From Diadema antillarum (taxonomy: Eukaryota): a stretch of 64,000 nucleotides of DNA. This document shows positions 1 through 13,436 of this stretch, in pieces (the first letter of the stretch is position 1; each line of letters opens with the position of its first letter). Location: NCBI RefSeq assembly GCF_040938485.1, contig NW_027271598.1, positions 3,348,001 to 3,412,000 of the forward strand, given 5' to 3'. The notes below the pieces were generated by a model. The model made no database searches. It saw nothing but the letters and a program-made list of their open reading frames with translations, and was not told the origin of the DNA. The translations under genes and the position numbers were made by a program.

Positions 1-3000
1 GGCATGCATATTAAAGATTCCAAATACAAATGTAGTCACAGTAGCTAGACACAGATACCAAGTTCAATTATTGTTTTGGATTAAGAAAAGGCAACTCATG
101 TTTACTATGCAAGATGGGAAGAGACTTGTGAATTTTTCTCACATTATTTTTTTTAGCTGCCTGGTGTTCCTGGTGTATTTGACTTCCTGCTGAAAGTTAA
201 AGACATTGGGGTGTAGGCTATCTTGATATACTGAATAACAAGTATGAAGACTACTTTTGGGGACGAAAAGTGACAAACTGTTGCCATTCCTTGCGCTCAT
301 AAATCCTATTGCTTGTGGGTACAACACCCTTGCTTCATAGTCAAACAGACTGACCAACAAACATTTTCATGACAAATTCTACTGAAAAGTAGCATCTCTG
401 ATCCTTTGTACAGTAAATAATTACATGAAGATGAAACCATTATTTCAGTATTGATACCTTTGCAGCTAAATGTATCACTTTGAGCATACTTTTCAGACAG
501 TTTGGGAAGTCAGCTGTTGATATTTCATATCAAACTGAACCCTGTATCATAACAAATTATGATGGGCCTATCTAATACTGTTTGTTTGTGTGTTCAATTG
601 TCTGTTTTTGACAAAAGATCTAAGGTGCAATAACAGTTGTCGTGTTTGTGGGTCAGTAAAGGTTGATCACACAGGGGAAGTAATTCTTTGTCCTAACAAA
701 AGTTACACAATTTTGTGCCTTTAGAGTGTAGGTTGTGCCTTGTGGTTCAGATCAAAGGATCGGATTTATTGAGGCTGTTCAGGGTGGTTGGAAATGTCTG
801 AAGAGCACCAGAGCTATAGGAATTACCTGGACAAAATCACTCCGGCAGATCTATAACGTTTTCTGTGTTATAATGGAATCACCTCTATAGCTGAAATGTT
901 GTTTCAAAAAGATATGACTTACTGACATCACTGTGAAGTTGGTGTATCATTTGCAAACAGTGACAGCCAATATGTATGAACACCACATCCACAACCAAAT
1001 GATCTGGCAACTTAACTGTATCAGTGTGTTCTGAAGTGTGTCATCCAGTTTCAATCTCTTGAGAAGTTGTATTTTCTTTTACAGTGCTGTAAGGAAGACA
1101 CTGTACAGATAAAACTCCAGCCATCCTCTGCAAAGTGTTGTGTGTAACAGCAGGAGTCTCAAACATGAGAGACGACTCGCTGCCACGAACAGTCATTGCT
1201 CATCCATTAAGGGTCAAAACAATGCTGTCCCAAAGACATGAGACATATCAAGTCATTTTCAAAATATTTTCATTAGAAAAGACAATGTAACAGCACCTTT
1301 GTGACTCACAGAAAGTGATTGGAAACTGAGGAAGACATTTTGTCTCACCATCAAAGGCAGAGGCAGTTTGATGTGAGAAAAGTAGCATTTCTCTCAAACT
1401 CACCTGTCTTTTTTAAATAATTGAACAATGTGTAGGAAAAAGAAGTAATCATGCATTTATACTCAACCACACTCCCCACAAAACACATGTCTTCATTTGA
1501 TGATGAAATGTCTAAAAATGAAGGGTTTTTTTTTTCCTGCTCGTGACATGCTAATCACTTCCTTGTAATCGTTTGGTCGTCAGTGAATACTAGTGGTTGA
1601 TGTTTTCATGTGTAGGCTCTTCCAAGTCTCTTTCTCACTGTAGAGTGACTCTGTCGTTTGGAAAATCTTTCTCTCTCTCCAAATGCATTTTGAAAAAGTA
1701 GGCTAGGAGTTGTTAAACATTTGCTTGGTAATCATTATAACTGTTTTTTTTTTTCACTAAGTTAAGCCACTTTCAGGCACAATGTCCCGATAGATGTTAA
1801 TCGTATGGCGGCATCACACCTCAGTATGCACTGTCGTGTTTCATGGGAAGTCTCTCCCCATGTGCAGTACGAACTTAGCAGGGCTTTGCACGTTATGTTC
1901 ATACTTTGCTGTGCATTCAAAACCCTAGCTGGTGAGCGCCATTGATAAGCCCCACCTATTCATACAATGTATGGATATGAGAGCATTCAAACACAAATAA
2001 ATGATGTATGGATATATGTTGTTTGAATATATACGAACATTCAGACATGTAAAGACATCCTACTATCCATTCTGAATTTGGAGGAAAGAATCTGAATTTT
2101 GACCTTTCCCACATCTCTTGTCTCAATGGGAGTTGCCTATTCTTCTTGATAATTTTACTACACACTTTCATGGGAACTGCTCATATTTCCTACTTTTGAG
2201 CAAATTCATCCCTACTTTTCAGTCAGAAAGGTTGGGAGGTCTGCATATGGATGTGGTATATCCATACAAGATATCTCTAGTCTGAAATGGAGGGGGGGGG
2301 GGGTGGGAGTAGTGAGGCAGATTGAATAGTATGAGGGATAGAAGGACACAGCCATATTGTATGTGTTACTGTACACTGCTCTAAACCAAGGATGCTATAT
2401 CAAATGTCTGTCTGCCATTGTTTGATTGATCCTGGTTGTCCCATTTCACTTGTTGCTGGCAGATAACAGAAAAAAAGCAAATTGTTCACGCAAAGTTTGT
2501 GTGCTTATTCATCTCGAAACGTTCCAGCATATTTTTTTATTCATTTTATGAGGCACATCTTTGATTTGGGGTGAAGGTAGGGGAGCCTTTTTACAGAGCT
2601 ACATATTGGGAAAAATTTTCTTCTGGACTTTCTAAATGGGACTTTAGATCTGGGTCAGGGGCATTTAGAGAATAGTGCAATCTCAACAAGGCAAACTCAC
2701 TTGTAGAATATAGACTTTTTCAATTACCGTTAGTCTTGCATCCACGTTCAGTGTGTCAATTAACTAAAATTTTACTTTGGATGTGTTCATTTGCTCAGGT
2801 TTGTATCTACTGATTATTTGCCACCAGTGTCTTTCATAGCAATTGTGTGCAGTGTTTAAGTGTGTGTACTTTTCTGTGTCATATCTAATCAGTATGAAAT
2901 GAATTAATTGAGGAAAAAAAAAAGATTCAACCCCCAATACCAAGCCCCTGCTATAGGTTTGGCTCAGATGGAAGAGGGCAACACCTGATGGACATGCATG

Positions 3001-3671
3001 ACAAAGGCAGTGATTTATACATCATGAATACAAATAAGTTCAGTTGTGCACCAATAGTTGCTTGATCCCACTACAACTGAACACTGTTTGAAAAAAAAAA
3101 AATATTCATACGTGTATATAAACTGGTCTACTGGTATTACAGCCAGCCATGGAATGGCTTCAAATAGAGCTGTTTGTTACCAAAATACAATAAACATCAA
3201 AACAACCTTATCACATACTATGCAGTAATTCCAGTGTGAATGCACCAACAACAACAACAGCAACAAACAAAGAAACAAGCAAGCTGATACAATGACCCTA
3301 TGGCCTTACTCTCAAATGGCCCAAAGCACATTTTGTGTTTACCCGCATTCCATCACTTGTATGCTCCACTATGTAATTTCTGTGCATATCCTTGACAACT
3401 GAAAAGAGATTAGGTTGTCTATTTGTAGATGACCAGTAAACTGGAATACCACGTACACAAACTGCGATATTATTTATATCATGCATCAGGTTGTACTGAG
3501 ATATACTCAGTTGTTTGCATTCTTTAGACTTTGTTAAGCACCTTTCTGCAGACACATTTATATTTGATTTCAATGCCTGGTGTTTTTTTTTTTTTTTTTT
3601 TTTTAATTGAAAGAATCTGGACCAGCACTGCAGTGGTCATTGTAGAAAGGACATACGTCGTTGCCAAGATG

Positions 3672-3908
3672 CATACTTGCCAACTAATAAGATTTTATCA
3701 GATTCAGTCAGATTTTTTACATTAAAAAATAGCAAAATAAGATTTTCTGTCAGAGAAATAAGATTTAAAAGAATATTTAGATATACCTTTCATGTGTATT
3801 TTCTGAATATTTGACTGAAAGTAAGATTTTTAACTTCAGTTTGCATATAAAATAAGATTTTTGCAATCCACAAGTGAGATATTTCATCTTGAAATGTTGG
3901 CAGGTATG
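3672..3908. mobile_element. hAT-like MITE with 7-bp TSD
   Basis: TIRs CATACTTGCCAAC / GTTGGCAGGTATG (12/13); flanking direct repeat CAAGATG at 3665-3671 and 3909-3915. Confidence 0.8.
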
Positions 3909-4766
3909 CAAGATGGTATCAGTATATCATAACTCTGTTACTCCTACAAATGAACCATGATGATGCACCTTTTTCTGTTGTTAGTCTTTTGAGTTTCTTG
4001 GTTTAAAAACATGCTTTTTGTCATCTTAATTGGTAAAATTAGATAACATAGCCGAGATACATCTAGTTATTTTTGCTATGTTGTTTGGTTGACCACCTCT
4101 CAGGTGTGTGTCCTTCTGAGTGGTTTGACTCTCCTTTTAAGCTGTATACTGTTGTGCCATCTGGTGCATACTACATGAAGTATTTTGGTTTATGCTCATA
4201 AAACAAAATATTGTCATTCTAATACTGCACATATTGCAGGAGTTATAGGGCAGCATAAAATTTTCCTTCACCTGTAAGCCAAAATATGAATGAAAGGTTG
4301 AGAGGCATGGGTGTAAAACCTACTTGAGATGATGTACCTCGTGCGTTTCACACCATTGTAAATACCCTCACACATGTGCTGCCACTACCGCAACACACTC
4401 TCAACCAGACATTTTATTGTATTTTTGATGCAACAGGCAGTATAGTATGCAGCCACTGTTTGTAGTATACTGACCCTGCAAGCCACGTGTCCAGTTTTGT
4501 CCCATGTGACAAACACATCTGCAATGTACGTGTGCTGCTTTCTCACACTGGTCACCGTAAATGCGACTAACTTCTAGTGTTTGCTGTACCACTCTACAGC
4601 TCGCTTCAGAGACAAGCCTGATTTCTTTGTTCTCCCCATTATATTGTATTCCATAAATTTGTATTTTGTAGTTCATTAGAGATATAAATCAAAGCAAAGT
4701 GATCTCAAGAACATCTTTTTGTAGAATAGTATGATTAGATATGTCTTAGAGGCCCCTTTTCATTTC

Positions 4767-4859
4767 TTAACCTGTTGAGGACAGGCTGATTTAGCTATAA
4801 CACGCATTTTCCATAGACACCTCCCCAAGTATTCTTGGGACTCATCTTAAATGGGTCAA
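4767..4859. mobile_element. Short TTAA-flanked non-autonomous element (second copy at about 14983-15056, opposite orientation)
   Basis: TTAACCTGTTGAGGAC...GGACTCATCTTAAATGGGTCAA; its reverse complement aligns with TTAACCCGTTGAAGACGAGTTCCGAGAATACTCGGGCAGGTGTCTATGG at 14983. Confidence 0.65.
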
Positions 4860-7800
4860 AAACTCTTTACACACTCTTCACTTTCAACTCCCCTAATAAC
4901 CTTTGAAAGGATGATGCTACTGCTTTGAAAGTTGGCATTAGTCATGGATAATGTGTTTTTAGAGCATGCTCAATTTCAGGATAATCTGGTAATCCCTTCA
5001 TTGTTTTTGTGATGAAGTCTTACGTCTTGTTTTTTTGTCCAATTCATTGCACAGAGCATAGCTTGTTAAAGATTAAGTGTTTTAATAGATCCTATACTTC
5101 AGAGCCTTTTTTATCAATACACACTGGAAGAATCCATTTGAATTGAGTTATATATCATTTTAAAGCTTAAAATCTGTTCTTTTAGAATCTGCCCTTAACT
5201 TAAAAAAACATGGTTTTTTGGTTCAGGGTCATATATGATGTTGAGGAAAGAAGAGTGTAGATCTTTTGATTTTTAGTAAAGTGAGAGTGGCGCAGTCACT
5301 TTCCATTCTGCATGTACTTGGTATTAGAGCATCTTTCTTTATTAGACTGATACATGATACCCCCCCCCCCCCTTGATCCTTGCCAGTGGGGAAATTGCAT
5401 TCAAATAAAGTCCCTGCATGTTTGTAATACATAAGTCAGGTATAGCTCTGTCTTATAGAAACATCCTTCCGAGGACACTGATGCTGTCGGGTTTCCTCAG
5501 AGCTGTGGTATCTGTTTATTTGTTATCAATCATTCCCCTATAAGCAGCATTCCCAGGCCAGTTTTTTTTTTTCTTTTTAGAGACGCCTAGATAAAATGCC
5601 AGGGTATTGCTTTTGTCATCTTCTCCTAGGTCGTTTTCACATGTACCGAGAGTGCAGTTTGAATCACGATTCCAGTGATGCATCACTAGAATCATAATTC
5701 AAAATGATGCATTATGGCCTTGTATCTATGGACACTGGAATTGCGGAGGGTGATTTGAATCGTAATTCAAATCGTAATTCAAGTGATGTTCCCGAGGTGT
5801 TCTCCAGTGACGATTCTCCAGAATTACGAAGCGAAACAGTCGTGTGTACAGATTGACCTCCACATTGTGTTTTGGGGGAGTGGAGCTAACGATGACCTTT
5901 CAACCACTTTTGCTGAAAAACCACGCTCACTACCGCTCAAGAGTGATTGATAGAAATTCGGAAAGAAGCCACACCTATTCTCGTCACTCTGAATTTCGAC
6001 ACAGCAGAATCCGGGAAGCCTTCCTCGGGCTTGTATGTGGATTATAATTCTAACTGCAATCGTTATCAGACTTGTAATTCAGCTTTACGTTTCTCAACCC
6101 GTGTTAAAACAGTCGTAGATGTATCGTCCTATGGGGGCAAAAGTGGGCAGCAAAAAGTGCATGCCATAAATCAAGCTTGTAATCAATTGTGGAGAGATTA
6201 TTTGGTAAATCTTCTGGGCAACGAACTGGACTACTGATGATGGCGGGAAGGGGGAATTGAAAGCTGAGTTCTCCAGTGCACTGAATTTTTTAGTAGTATA
6301 CATGCATTAAAGAAGGCTAACTCTGTTGTGTATAGATTTCCTTTGAGCGAGATCCCGGACTGATGCAAAGGAGGAAAAAGGAAAAAGAGAAGTTAGAAGT
6401 GCACAGTGCTAGCTGAGTTTTCTGACCATGTCGAGGCCGGCGCCTGTCCAGATAAGTGTTATGACTGGATGACTGAGATATATGCTCAAGCACGACACAT
6501 TCAAGCAAGTTTTGCTCTGGATATTTAAGGCATTGCTAATTCACTATTCACTATGATGATTTTTGCACATATCGTAATTCACATTACAAAGAAATGAATC
6601 AAATATGGGTGGAAATGCGCCGTCCTTCTTTGTTTCTTCCTAGATAGCAACAGCATTCTACGCTAAAAAAGCGGACAGTCATGTTCTACTGTAGTTCATG
6701 TCAGCATAATAGAGAGATCTGGAAAATTGATGTCCAGATAACCCAGGTCAGACTATATACAAACATGTTGGAATGAAGATAGAATGAGGTACATGTAACA
6801 AGATAAAAATAGAAAAATAGAAAAAAATATACAAACAAGAACTTGAGGGCAAGATTACTGCTCATAGTCAAGTTCCAGAGTTGAACTTTGATTGAAAACA
6901 GAATGGTTGAACGTCCTTGAGCAATGTTCTGTTTAAGGATGAGGAAGATTCATGTGAATTAAGAATTTCCATGTCCAATAATCATCCTACTCAGAAAATA
7001 ACTATTAACTATCTTACATATATGGGTTTTTCTCATTTTTAAATGTCACGCCCATTTCATGTCATATAAAAGGGATAATTTTTTTTAATTTTTTTTTTTG
7101 TGCCCCAAGATATTCCTTTGTGCCCCAAGATATTCCTTTGTGCAGTTACACACAGAAAGCTTGTGAAAAGGCCTTGGAAAGAAACATGTGTTTCAATAGA
7201 AGCTCTGTGCATCTGCAAATCTAACCATTCTTCCATCCCCTCCTCCTCCATCTTCTTCTCCTCTTGCCCCTTCTCCACCTTCCTCCTCCAGCTTATTTCA
7301 CTCTAACAGCTGGCTAAACATAGTAATGTCCACTGCCTTTCCCCATCACTCTCACCATATCTAACTTGAGGCTGTTTTGGCCACCCTATGGGGCTATTGA
7401 AGGGGCATTTACATTGCAAAAAGCCAGAATGAGAAAAACCGTGAGTTTTACTGTATACGCCTTTTACACTGCCACAAAAACACAGACACTTTCTGGCATT
7501 CTGGGAGGGAATGTGCATGCACGGAAAAAAACAACAACAAATGTTCAGGCTTTAGGGAGATAGTGAACATTTAAGAACATGTGCAAGTTCGTGCTTCATG
7601 TTCTTTGAGCATAGGCAGGCGGGCAGGAGAATTCCCATGCTAACGGCAGATGTCACATGACCCAGAAGCTGGAATAAAACTGGCAAGCCCGGGAGTGAGC
7701 ATTTATACTGGGGGAAAGTAAACATGAAACAAAACTGCAGAGTTTCCAAAAAATTCTTTACTTCTGAGGAGGTTTTTTCAGTTGTTTTTTCACCCATGTA

Positions 7801-8084
7801 CATGTACCTGTAGTCGCCTAGAAACTTCTGACAAAAAAAAGGAAAGTGCAGAAAACTATGGTTTTTGGTGGCAGTGTAAGTGCCCCTTACATTGTATAGC
7901 TCCATGGTCTCCTTCTCCTCTGTATACATGGCACCTGTACTTCAACTGCATGTGTGCACTTTATCTCTCCTTTTTAATAGCCTAATCCACTGCAAGTATA
8001 CATGTCTGTACCTGGCTATTAATTCTACTAACCGTCTCTTCTCAATATAATGGATGCCACTGAGATGTAGTCGAGCAAATAATG

Positions 8085-8490
8085 TGACCACCCAATTCCA
8101 CCCCAAACCTGACCATTCATCTCAACCAGATGCTGACCTTACTTTTTCCACCAAACTCTTGAATGTTCACCCGTCCCTAACTCTGACTATTCATCCAGAC
8201 TGCACACGGTCAATCTCAACCCAACTCTGACCATTCATCCTGTCCGAAACCAAGCTAGAAATCTCCATCCTACCATTATACATCACTGACCATCCATTCA
8301 TCCCATTCTCTGACCATCCATGCCACCCCAACCTGAACAATCTTATTCCATCCCAGCGCTGACCATCCGTATCGACTGGTCCACGACCATCCACCCCATC
8401 GCAACTGTGACCATATGTCTCACCCGGTCATAGAGCGTCTGTACCATTCCAACCCTGACCATTGTCCATACCACTCTGACCTTGGCCCCC
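8085..8490. repeat. Degenerate C-rich tandem array (CTGACCATYC-like units)
   Basis: More than 10 recurrences of (C)TGACCAT(C/T) at irregular spacing of tens of bp; strong C/G strand skew. Confidence 0.55.
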
Positions 8491-8715
8491 ATGCAAATTG
8501 TCATGGGTGGGATATAAAAGCAAAAATCAATCCTCAAAAAAATAAAAATGGTCTCTGTGCCTAAAAATAAATATGATTGTTACAAAAAGGGGTATATTCT
8601 GCTTATATCACAAGTAATCAATAGTTTGTTGTTAGAATTAGCAGCATTCGGAGTGTGTTAAATTCCCAGACACGTGGACACTTAGACGCTAGAGTCGGAA
8701 ACAAAACTTAAGAGA

Positions 8716-9485
8716 ATATGTGACCCACTACAACAAAATGGTCCTAAAGTCGCGCACGGTCGAATCCGTGAAAATCGAGTTCGAAGTCAGAGCATCAAAA
8801 TTGGTCAAAACTTACAATCTTCTTATTTTGACATATTATTAGAGTCTCACATGTCTTCTATCATCAGTCGAAATTTTGAAGCGAAATGATGAAAAGAAAG
8901 ACCAGAAAATGGTGTTTTTCTGGGCCATGTTTTTTTGGCGTTTCATCGAAGCAGAAACTGGTTCGAACATTTGGATTGAGCGCCACACATAGGCTCCGCC
9001 CCTAACAACGACCAGAGTGATCTCATTGGTCAGTTTGCTGCTTGCCGCTAACCAAAGCGTGAAGCTCGCACACTGCACAGTCGAATGGTGCGTGCGGGCG
9101 GGATGCGCTATGACCAGCCGCTTCGCCTGGCATCCTGGTCACTGATTGGTCGGTGAGGAGACCGCCGACGCTGTGTTTGAATGAGCATTTCGGGGGTTGC
9201 TAGGGCTTACCTTCTATTGTCCGGAGGTGAATATACTGACTTGCGTGTCCCTTGATCGTGATTGCATCGCAAGGAGAACTTTTCAAGCGCTTTTCTCGAA
9301 ACAGTGATTTCCCAGACGTCTCGACATGCTCTCTTTTAAACATCGATATCTCCGCAGCCGATTATTTTTATAAGATGTGTTATATATCAATTTAAAGCAG
9401 AAAGATTAGGGAATTGTGTCATGCAATTTTCAAATAATCGACCTCGCACGACTTTAGGATCATTTCGTTGTAGCGGGTCACATAT
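8716..9485. mobile_element. 770-bp non-autonomous TIR element, CpG-rich interior, superfamily unassigned
   Basis: 48-bp TIRs starting ATATGTGACCC, 42/48 identical; TSD (TA, AT or ATAT) is ambiguous because it is palindromic; no ORF. Confidence 0.8.
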
Positions 9486-9856
9486 ACTGTGCATCATCAT
9501 AATGCTTTAAGAGCTGACGATTAGTTTTGATGTCATACAGCTGTGTGTGCATACTTTTCCACTCTTATGTTTTGACATCTGCATTAGATGGTATATCAAC
9601 CACACAGAGCATTACAATAGCTCGTGTAATGTTTGAACAATTATTTTTTTTTTTGGTGGATGTTACAAACCTCAATAGAATAGTGGCATTCATAGGTTAA
9701 TAGCTCATAGAACAATGAAGTGCCCATCATAGGTTAATAGCTGTCCAGGAAAGTTCTCTCTTTTGACTTCGACAGATTCTTCAGAGAATTGAATTTGCTT
9801 GATGTGATTCAACTTTTTGTTATGCAAACTATTTCTCACTTTTAACTCCCTTCCAA

Positions 9857-9883
<27 letters not shown>
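9857..9883. repeat. (GT)n microsatellite
   Basis: Direct reading. Confidence 0.95.
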
Positions 9884-9888
<5 letters not shown>

Positions 9889-12800
9889 TTTCTTCACATC
9901 ATAGCATTGGCTTTGATTTGCCTCAGATTTGCCACGGTAGTGACATAATCGTGTAGAAATGTTATTATTAATTTCTCATCTTCATTTATTGCAGGTCTGT
10001 ATGTTTGTTTTGAAAATGTGTGATGATCAATTATGCTCTTAATGCATCCTCCAAGATGTAGGAATTTTGTGCTGTTTTCATTTTTGGCAAGGCAAACAAG
10101 GAGTTGAGATGTGGTGATGTTATGCCCAAGACTGCTATAATTGCAAGGCCCCTGATATGGACCTGGAGATAGTTCAAACTTCCAAATAATTTGTCAAAAA
10201 TCATCAACTTTTACCTATTTAGTTTTGTCACTTTACTTCCCTAATGTTTCATGTCCCTCTAAGTGCTCACGTATGTTCTGCAGGCCCTATTATTCAAAGT
10301 GTTTTATTTTGTTGTGCTTTTTTAGCAGTTCTCCCTTTGTGACTATACATCACTATACAAGGTCTTGCTTGGTGCAGTGAAGGGGACACAGTCTTAAGCA
10401 GTAGGCAAAGAAAACAATTTTGAACAAGTAACAGTGGAGATAACAATATAACTGTTTATGAATAAATAAAAAAAATACTCTAGTTACCTCTGGCAAGAGG
10501 ATTGGGCAGGGACCATTTTGGAAATCTGCAATATATGACAAATCTGAAACTTGCATCCACCTTGATGTATGAGATAGAGGGATGTGCAAGGGGTGTGCGA
10601 GAAGTTGGATGTATGATGTGGCATTACTGCCGAAATTTAAGGATTTCATGGAAAGTGCACAAGACAAATGAATGGGTGCTAGAGAAGATTGGGTCAGGGC
10701 TAGTCATACAAAGAGATACTGTTGTCACCCAAAAGCCCTGACTTTTAGGACACATCAGCAGAAGAAATTGGAAAGACTATTATGCCAGAAAAAAAAATGG
10801 AAGGAAAAAGGAGGCTTGAACTCCAAACATTAAGAAATACTCAAGAGTTACAGCTGTATGCATGCGTCAGATAGGGAGGATTGGCGTGAGCTCACTTATG
10901 TCACATTGGTTAGCACATAAAAAAGTGTATTTGTGTCAACTGAAATGATAATCATGGTGGTTATATAGGTGAAGGGAAGAGGGGAATAAAAATGACTATA
11001 TCATGATTCTTCTCAGTGATATGAGCCTGTGGCTTTGTGATATTATTCTCACATTATCATTAATGAGAATTGCACACCTACGTAGAGCTGTTATGATCTA
11101 CATTTTGCTGAAAGCAGAGCACATTAGTGAGAAATTAGACAAAATCAGATCGACTGGTTGAAAAAAAAATAGCAAAAATTTGAAAAGCAGTCAGACATTG
11201 GACATGACTTCCTCAAACAGGCATTAACTTTATGTATCCACTGTCAGTGAGTTTGTCTGTGTCAGGAAAGGGTAAGCTAGGCTGACTCCAATCATGGACG
11301 CAGTGGATAAGATGTACAAAGTACACACAAGTAAAAGGTAGCTGCAAACCAGGCAACTGTTATTCAACATCCTGTGTAGAATAGTTGGAATGATCAACTG
11401 AAATAAAGAAATGAAACTATGATTTGATAAGAATCCCAGAACTTACTATTTTCTCTATCCATCTTTGGAAGGGGAAAGGGTGGATTCAATCCTTTTCTCT
11501 CTCTCTCTCTCTTATGTCTCAGTAAGTTTATTTTGCATCCTTACTGTCATTTTAAGGTATGTAGTCTTTTTAGTTTAAAACTGACCATCCTGCATGATAA
11601 GGGGAGTGGAGGCAATATACAGAGTCTTGCATTTAGCAATATAGGAATAATATTTCCCCCCCCCCCCCCAAAAAAAAAAAAAAAAAAAAAAATGGTTCTG
11701 TGGAGAACTAAAAAATTAGACTCGGAGAAGACTAGATAAATCTGGGTTGACATTGGGCTCTCTGATCTATGCCATGTAGTAACTGGGGCAGTGTTCTCTG
11801 TGATAGTAATTTAGCACACAACTGCTTTTTTATTTTTTGTGTGTGTGTTGCTTTTCTTATCTATAGGATTAATTGCAGATTTGTTGATTATTAATCAAAT
11901 GGTAGCTAAATTAATTCTCTAATTTAGGGAAGGCAAGTGAGTATATACACTAACATACAAAAAAGGAGCCATGGTACGGGGAGGGGAGAACTGATGAGTA
12001 TGATGATGAGCACGAACTTGGGAGTGTGTTAATGAGTGACCGCGCTTGTCATTTAGATACATAATTGCCTTATGCCTGGCGCAGCAATTGCATCTGTGCC
12101 TCAAATAGCCTGTCAAGGACATTCCAATTAGCCCGAGATAGAAATTTGATGGCAGTTTTAACGCAGTCCCGTGTGACAAGCACGCACTGAAATCATGCAA
12201 CCCAGTATTGATTCTGTGATGCGGAACACGTGTGCAGGCCTGTCTCGGGTATTGTGTTGTAAGTGTATGAAATTTCATACCAACCACTGCTATGAATATG
12301 CATCACCTTTTGATAATTTGTCTGTCGTGAATGCTGGAGTGTTCTTCTGAGTGGATGTGTGGAAATTAATCCCAGTGGGTGGCTAAACCCATTCAGACAA
12401 GCTTGACATTATACGATGGGATGTTCTTACATGTGCCTAATTAGGTGATACACTTTTATTTGATTACTTTTGTTGGGGGTATGGGAGTGTTGATGACAGC
12501 GATGGTCTATACTCAAAATCTCTCATCCGTAATACTATCATGTGAACACATGCAGAATAGAGACCCTTGACTTTGCCATCTTGGAAAAAGAAATGGGTGT
12601 TTTATGTGAGAATGTTTTTTTTTAGTTATGTGAGAATGGAATTATTATTATTATTTTTTTTTGGGGGGGGGGGGTAGATGGGTAAACTGTCATTACTGTG
12701 ATATCTATATCATCCTACTCTATATCATGAGAGTCATCATTTATCATGTCTGTAGTACTTTAAATCTGGTACTGAAATATATACTAAAGATAAAGTCCAG

Positions 12801-13140
12801 TAAAATTCATACACACCACACTAATGCTGCTCACTTGTACGTCAGTATGATGACATCAGTAGCTGTAATGCTGTTCCTACATTTTCATCACATGAAAACT
12901 TGTCCTGAATTTTCCTTCATCACTGTTGTTATAGAATTAATAAGATTGTATTGATTAGGTTTAATGTAACATCTAAGAATAAGAAGCAGAACAAGGAAGA
13001 TTTTTAGAAAGAGATCAGTTGGGCTAACATCCAGTGTAAATCTATAAAGCAGGTAGTAATATCACACTGCTGATCAATGATAAGTCAGTAACTCATCTTA
13101 ACTTATGCCTCATGTTCTTCTCTTTTTTCTTCATGGCTAG

Positions 13141-13436
13141 GTTGTGGCAATGGCAAGTACCTCGGCATCAACAACCGAACTTTCAAGGTGGGCTCTGACT
13201 GCTGTACCAATCTCGTGGAGATCTCGGTGCGGAGAGGCCACGAGGCCATGGTGTGCGACAACCTCCGGCTCCCGTACCGTGACAGCTGCTTCGACGCCGT
13301 CATCTCCATTGCGGTCGTCCACCACTTCGCCACGGTGGAGCGCCGAGTGCAGGCCATCCAGGAGTTGGCCCGGATCTGCCGTCCTGGGGGTCTGGTCATG
13401 ATCTACGTCTGGGCGCTGGAGCAGAAACACAGACAG
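13141..13436 (+). CDS. TRMT9B: TRMT9B-like tRNA methyltransferase, internal exon (SAM-binding core)
   Basis: Pyrimidine tract then TAG|GT TGT GGC; encodes GCGNGKYLGIN...EAMVCDNLRLPYRDSCFDAVISIAVVHHF...MIYVWALEQKHRQ; donor CAG|GTGCGT. EAMVCDNL and MIYVWAxEQK match TRMT9B better than ALKBH8. The N-terminal exon was not found in the window. Confidence 0.92.

Noticed and set aside
5947-6237. 96-aa ORF or transposon in the 5.6-6.3 kb CpG-richer patch
   Set aside because: No recognisable protein motif, and no convincing TIR or TSD found.
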